A program made the translations under genes and the position numbers. Below the pieces are notes generated by a model, which worked only from the letters and a program-made list of their open reading frames with translations, did no database searches and was not told where the DNA came from. From contig JAVECO010000017.1 in the NCBI GenBank assembly GCA_051942205.1, positions 1-64,000 on the forward strand: a DNA stretch of 64,000 bases, read 5' to 3'. The stretch is from Coniocarpon cinnabarinum. Its lineage: Eukaryota. Shown one piece after another: positions 57,706-64,000 of the stretch. The stretch's first letter is position 1, and the number at the start of each line of letters is the position of its first letter.

Positions 57706-59872
57706 TTTTGCTTCTATCGAGCGTAACAAAATTGATCGTACTTGAGACTGGTCTAGACAGCTACGCCAGCCAGAGGAAGAGTGAAGTCGGGCACTTTCGA
57801 TCCCCAGGATTGACGCTGCTCGGCAGTCAAGCTCATGATAAGACAGAAGTCTTCGTCTCTTGAATGTGGGTGGACGAGTGGGCGTACGACTCAATCCTGA
57901 TCATGGGATTGCAGCTTTCCTACGAGCTGCGCGGATCTCCTTGATGGGAAGTCTTTGCGAGTGCGGCTCAGACGGGGTCGGCTTCGCCTGACGTTGACAT
58001 GGGGTGGTACATCCCAAACCCGCCCTAGCCCGTCCGTCAAACACCGACTGTACGTGTGTCGCTTTTCAGCTCGAACTCCTGCATATGGCTTCCGTACCTA
58101 TCGCAATGTAAAGAGACGCCACACCATCGCTCATAACTCTCCCATTCAAAGAACGTCTAAGCATATCCAAGAGCACGGAGTCTATGAGTGAGACAGAAGT
58201 GACATCGCGGGTGCGGATCGGACGAATTGACAGGTTGGGCATGAACAAACGAAGAAGGTGCGCGACTTTCGAGGTACCTGCACGTGCTCTGGAGCTTTGT
58301 GCATTTGTGTGACCCCAGATCCTGCACCTGTCGCAGTGTTAAGGATCAAGGCTGACATCTGCGATGTCTACTGATAGGTGACCATCAAGCTGCGATGCGC
58401 GTTGTCATCGGCTGGATTGGCCTTGTACGTCTTTTCGAATGTTTTTCTGTACTGTTGTCGCCAGACATTCCAAGATGCTAGTTTGCGCCTTCCAACCTTG
58501 GGTGGGAACTTGCCTGCAAAGCGTTGGATTGTGGCGGAGCAACCAAGCGAAGGATCGTGGAAGAAGCATGGGTGATTCATGTAGGAGTCCTCCTACAGAT
58601 CAATACATGCGGAAGGCTGAATCGTGGCCGAGGTGAGAGTTGTCAATCCTTGGAGCGTCACGAGGCGGGATGACGCGCCAAGGCGCCTTTCTGCATTAGA
58701 TCTAGCGCTGCCCGGTCATTGACTCCCGTCTCGGAGGCCTCCGGTTGCGATACATCTGTGGACTTGATACCTACGCTCAGGAACATTGTCTCAAGGCGTC
58801 CTTTGTATCCTCAACAGGCCCGGTCTTCCATGATTTGCTGCGCTATGGGATCGGGGTATGTGTAAGCGAGTCCTGCCAGATTGGTCTTCCGTGCAGCGGG
58901 GCCAAGGTGAAGCATGCGGCATCATGCGGCATCATGCTTGTCGTTTGCCACGCAAAGGATGCAAGAGCTGGGGCGCCCTGGAACATGCGTGACATCTCCC
59001 TTGTCCCATGCCAATGGCAGAGACTTCACCTTTGATACTGCCCTGCCAATCAGGACTTGGCTCTAGCCATCAAAGCGATACTGCAAGGGTTCTGAACAAA
59101 AGTCGTTATCAAGTTCAGTTCTAGGCTTCGAGCCTGTACGATGAGGAAGACTTGGGTAACGAAGCTGTGGATGTAATGGCGAAAGCCCCTTGCACCTCAT
59201 AGGATGCTACAATTTTGGTGCGGCAAGTACTTTCTACAAAGCTCCTGCTGCAGCGCTGACAGTCTCTAGCCCCTGCAAGCCCCTGCCGCCATGACCACCG
59301 ACTCGCGTGGCACGCTGTTGCAGTGAACACAACACCTGAATATCTTCCCGATACAGACTTGATACTGTCTCGCTCAATCCCTCGCTCCTAATCTTGGAAT
59401 GAACCAGAGGAATGTCGTCTTTCGTCATGTCCGTTGACAACATTGAGCACGACCGGATGCAAGCTGCACGGAAGGATTGTGTGCTTTGTCTTCGCTCGCG
59501 TAGTCGAGCTTGACAAACCAGCACTCCGCACACGAGTCAACATCAGTTGTACCTTCGAGTACCGGTCGTGGCAGTTGACCGCGGGATACCCACGGCCTTG
59601 TAGCCTGGTGGAATGATGGGCCGTCGTGGACCAGGATCGGATTATTGGTGAAGGTAGAGTTATGCCATGTTAGGCAAGCTGACATCCCGTTTCCACTGTC
59701 AATGCGATGTAACGCTGCTGCGCGCAACTGATCCCCTTGTGTACTTCACGAATGCACCCACGATGCCGGCAACCACTGCTCATATTCGTCCACCCACGCT
59801 GTGCTCAGGAAGCCGCAGTGAAGCTCGATTTAGGATGCCGAGCGCAGGGGTGTTCATGTCTTCGTGACAGAA

Positions 59873-62800
59873 ATGTCATCTGAAGCTCGCGGAGGTAAGT
59901 CCGCCGTCGATCTGGATTGCAGCCAAGAGAGGTCAGGTCGCCTTCATGCAGATGTCTCGGACCAACAAGATTTCGAGCCTATTGCTATAATCGGTATAGG
60001 TATGACTTGTTCCATTGTGATTATGAAATTCAACAGATAACGTTTGAGCTTGGTTTTTGAGATCGTAGACACCCTTCAGCTAACAGAGAAAGGATGTCGT
60101 CTACCAGGAGACATAGTCTCGGACGGTGCACTTTGGGACTTTTTAATGCAGGGGCGTGGAGCCCAAAGCAAAATTCCAATCTCAAGATTCAATGCAGCTG
60201 CATTTTATCGCCCCAATGGTGCTCTGCCCGGGACCATGAACGTCGATGGCGGGTATTTCATCAATGAAGACCTCAGACACTTCGACAATGATTTCTTCGG
60301 TATCAACAATCTTGAAGCTACCTCTATGGATCCCCAACAGCGCAAATTACTGGAGGTTGTCTATGAATGCTTCGAGGATGCCGGCGCCAGGCTTGAGGAT
60401 CTTTCCAAGTCTCAAATCGGATGTTTTGTTGCGAATTTTACCTCTGACTTCCAGCTCATCCAATCGAAGAATGCTGATTATGCACATCGCTACACTGCGA
60501 CAGGGTTGGGCCCCACTATATTGTCCAATCGCATTAGTCATGTCTTTAATCTGCGGGGGCCGTCTCTGACTTTAGACACAGCTTGTTCATCTTCTTTGTA
60601 CTGCTTACACCTAGCTTGTAGGGCCATACAACATTCAGAATGCTCCGGCGCTATTGTCGCTGGAACCAATCTTATTCTCACGCCAGAGCAATTCATTACG
60701 ACTGCTAAAGCTGGTGTTCTTTCTCCCACTTCTACATGCCATCCATTCTCCAAAGATGCTGATGGTTATGGAAGAGCAGAGGGGCTAGGCGCTTTGTACT
60801 TGAAACGCCTTTCGGATGCAACCAGAGATGGAGACAATGTTCGCTCAGTCATTCGCGGTACGGCGGTCAACAGTAACGGAAGAACGTCAGGAATCACACT
60901 ACCCTCCAGCTCAGGTCAAGAGGAAGTGATCAGGCAAGCGTACGCTGTGGCGTCACTCGATCCAAGTGATACCGACTATGTCGAATGCCATGGGACCGGC
61001 ACCGCGACAGGTGATCCAACAGAGATCGAAGCCTTGGTGCGAGCTTTTCCACAAGTCAGGAAATCGGCCGGCGATTACCATCCCCTGCTGGTTGGATCGG
61101 TCAAATCTGGTCTTGGGCATAGTGAAGCTACGAGTGGTATCACCAGCATCATCAAGGCTACGCTTGCCCTCGAGCGAAGAACGATTCCTGCGACCATTGG
61201 TATTCAAGAGCTCAACCCAAAGATTCCCTGGCGTGACATGAACTTGGAGGTTGTTCGCCAGAACACTCCATGGCCACACAGAGAAGATGACAAACACGTT
61301 CCTCGTGCAAGCGTGAACTCGTTCGGATATGGTGGCAGCAATGGGCATTGTATTTTGGAAGCCTTCCACCTTTTATCCATGCAACGCCAAGCTGATGACT
61401 ATCACAAGACGAGACATCACCTTCTGCCAGTTTCCGCAGCGACTGAGAAAGCACTACATCTCCGGTTTGATGACTTACTGCTTGCTGATGCGCCCCAGAT
61501 GAACAGCAGAGACCTTGCATATACGCTCGGAGAGCGTCGCTCTCAACTTCCTGTGAGATCCTTTTTGATCGCTGATCAGGAACAAATGACAGTGGAGCTT
61601 CAAAAACAGCAATGGAGGTCGCGTGTCCGCACGAAAGACAATCATCAGGTGCCGTACACATTTGTCTTTACTGGCCAAGGAGCACAGTGGCCGGGTATGG
61701 GCAAGGAGCTTTTCGAACACCATCTAGCTTTCCAGAACAGTATTAAAGCCCTTGATGCTGTTTTGCGGCAATTGCCTGCATCACCCTCCTGGACACTCGT
61801 CGAACAAATGACCCAACCGTCAGGATCTCGTTGCCTGGATGATCCTGCTGTTGCTCAGCCATTGTGTACAGCGATCCAAATTGCAACGGTGGATTTGTTA
61901 AGAGAATGGAACATTTGTCCTTCCAATGTCATTGGCCACTCGTCTGGAGAGATCGCTGCAGCTTACTCTGCTGGACATGTATCCGCACCTTATGCTATTG
62001 CTATCGCCTACTTCCGAGGACAGGTTTTGAGCTTCAAGTGTCCGGAAGGGGCAATGATGGCTGTTGATGCCTCGCCAAAGGAAGCAACCCAAGAGATTTC
62101 GATGATGGCGCTATCAAGCCATATGCGTGTCGCCTGTGTCAATTCTCCATCCAGCGTGACAATCAGTGGAGACGCTTTTGCCATTAGGAAGCTGTGCGCA
62201 AACATGGAGTCGAAAGGTAGGTTCGCTCGTGAGCTTAGGACTGGATCACGAGCTTATCATTCGCATCACATGCTGTCCTGCGGCGAGCGTTATGAAAGGA
62301 TCTTGCATGATATAGAGCCGTCGAGAACGTTATGTTCCTACGCGCCAGAAGCAGCAATCTTAAAGCCCGTTGCAATGATTTCGACGGTCACGGCTGGCTT
62401 AGTACATGCTGTACAAACATCAAAGCCTGAGTATTGGAGACAGAACCTTGAGTCACCGGTCCTCTTTAGCCAGGCTTTTGAGACATTACGCGGCAGAAAT
62501 GCTCTTCAATTGATCGAAGTTGGTCCTCATCCCGCTTTGAAGAGACCTGTCACCCAGATATTGAACCAATCAGATCTTACTGGTCAAGCTCGACCGTATC
62601 TTTCGGTCCTGAACCGAGATCACGACTCCGTGCAAACAGCACTGATGCTTGCGGGTACTTTGTGGACGTTTGGCCATGACGTCTCACTGGGTAGGGTCAA
62701 CCAAACCAGCATTACAACTTCGAAGCGCGGCTTGCAAAACCAACGACCATGCGCTCTCACTACCTTACCGAAATACAGGTGGGACTACACTGCACCACTG

Positions 62801-64000
62801 TGGGACGAAGGTCTAACAAGTCGTGATTTTCGGAACCGACGGCATACCCACGACCAACTTTTAGGTGCACGTATCCCCGGCGCAAATGGATATGCAAGTG
62901 TGTGGTCCAATCGACTGAGCCTTGGCAACGCTCCATGGATTGAGGACCACAAGCTAGGAAATGATGTTATTTTCCCTGCAGCGGCATATATCTCCATGGC
63001 TTGTAGAGCAGCTGAACAACTCTCCACGTCCATACCGCACGCCAAATGTATGCAACTGCACCAAATAAGCTTTCAGAAGGCTTTGATCCTCAGCGACAGA
63101 GAAATTGAGCTCTTTACAGAGCTTTTGCCCAAGGAGGATAGTCCATTCAAAGACGGCGAGAAGGCATGGGAATTCACGATTGGTTCTTTAAATGGCGACA
63201 GATATGTCCAGCGTGCTCGCGGATTCGTTAGATCTACTGCAGGCGCCCTGTCTCCACATGTGTTGCCAGTAACTGCCAAAAATGTCGAGCATCAACGTGC
63301 TCAAGACTGGTATAAACGTTTCTCAAGAGTGGGTCAAGCATTTGGACCTGCATTTCAAAATTTATGCACCGTCTATTCTCCTCGCATGAGAGACGTTCAA
63401 GCTACAGTCGCAACGTTGGTTGAACCAGGGCCAGATAACCAGGATGTTCTCCTTTTGCCGAAACCTGAATATAATCCTCTCATAATTGACGCTATGTTGC
63501 AGGCTGGTATAATCGCTTCTGCAGGTGGAGACTTTGAAAAGTTGCAAGCTCTTGTTCCAACCAAGATCGGACATATTTCGATCGAGCATAATATGCGACA
63601 TGCAGCACTTTCGAAATGCGAAATCCACTCATCGGCAAAATGTCTTGGGTCTGCGGATATAGAAATAAGATCGGACTTGCTGGACTCTCGTGGATCCTCG
63701 ATGATGCATCTGGGTGATATACACGCAATGCCCATCACTGGTCTTGGTATGAGTCAGCAAAACCGTCATCCGATGCTCAGGGTCGACTTGATCCCTGACA
63801 TGAAGAAGCTGCGACGTGAAGATGGCTCGGCACTAGCTGGCTATCTAAGGAACAAAGTCGCAACATGGTCATCAGAACCACTATTTGATCGTTACGCAGC
63901 CACAATTCTAGAATTGATAGCACACAACAAGAGCGGTGTGAGGGTTTTGGACTTTTCAATGGCTAATTCTTCATGGACGAGACTAGCATTGACTGCTCTG
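59873..64000 (+). CDS. Iterative type I reducing polyketide synthase, 5' part (KS-AT-DH-pseudo-MT...), truncated by the window end; exons 59873-59894, 59952-59999 and 60093->64000
   Basis: EPIAIIGI|GCRLPG, MDPQQRKLLEV, KS DTACSSS, HGTGT and GHSEATSG; AT VFTGQGAQW, GHSSGEIAAAY and AYHSHHM; DH HKLGNDVIFP and DAMLQ; all these motifs lie in one frame from 60093 to the end. It has no stop inside the window, which explains its absence from the ORF track. Confidence 0.95.

Noticed and set aside
57900..59870. Short ORFs between the PTH11-like gene and the PKS
   Set aside because: No recognisable domain and no consistent splice model; treated as shared promoter

Overview
Eukaryotic DNA from a gene-dense filamentous ascomycete (Pezizomycotina) genome, with mostly 50-60 nt spliceosomal introns. 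From 1.5 to 55 kb it is a housekeeping block: HSP90, JSN1/PUF2-like, SET9, mitoribosomal uL14m, RPB9, ESS1/PIN1, IWR1, MTC6-like, ubiquitin-eL40, a secreted Ala/Pro/Gly-rich protein, PFS2, PRO3, CTK3, mitoribosomal bL12m, midasin MDN1, HRQ1, MOB4/phocein, a DUF1275 membrane protein and SEC17. After an AT-rich patch come a PTH11-like membrane protein gene and the 5' part of a reducing-type polyketide synthase that runs off the window and is absent from the ORF track. Most notable: (1) the 300-nt RPB9 intron continues in frame into an alternative CxxC-x5-CxxC C-terminus, a candidate second Rpb9 isoform; (2) a degenerate repeat array at 1-1080 whose divergence falls mainly on codon third positions; (3) RPB9, ESS1 and IWR1, three Pol II-associated genes, are adjacent, with PFS2 and CTK3 nearby; (4) a split start codon, a 7-nt microexon and a structured long intron in ubiquitin-eL40; (5) a GC-AG intron in uL14m. 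All gene models were spliced by eye and named from recalled family motifs. No database searches were run.
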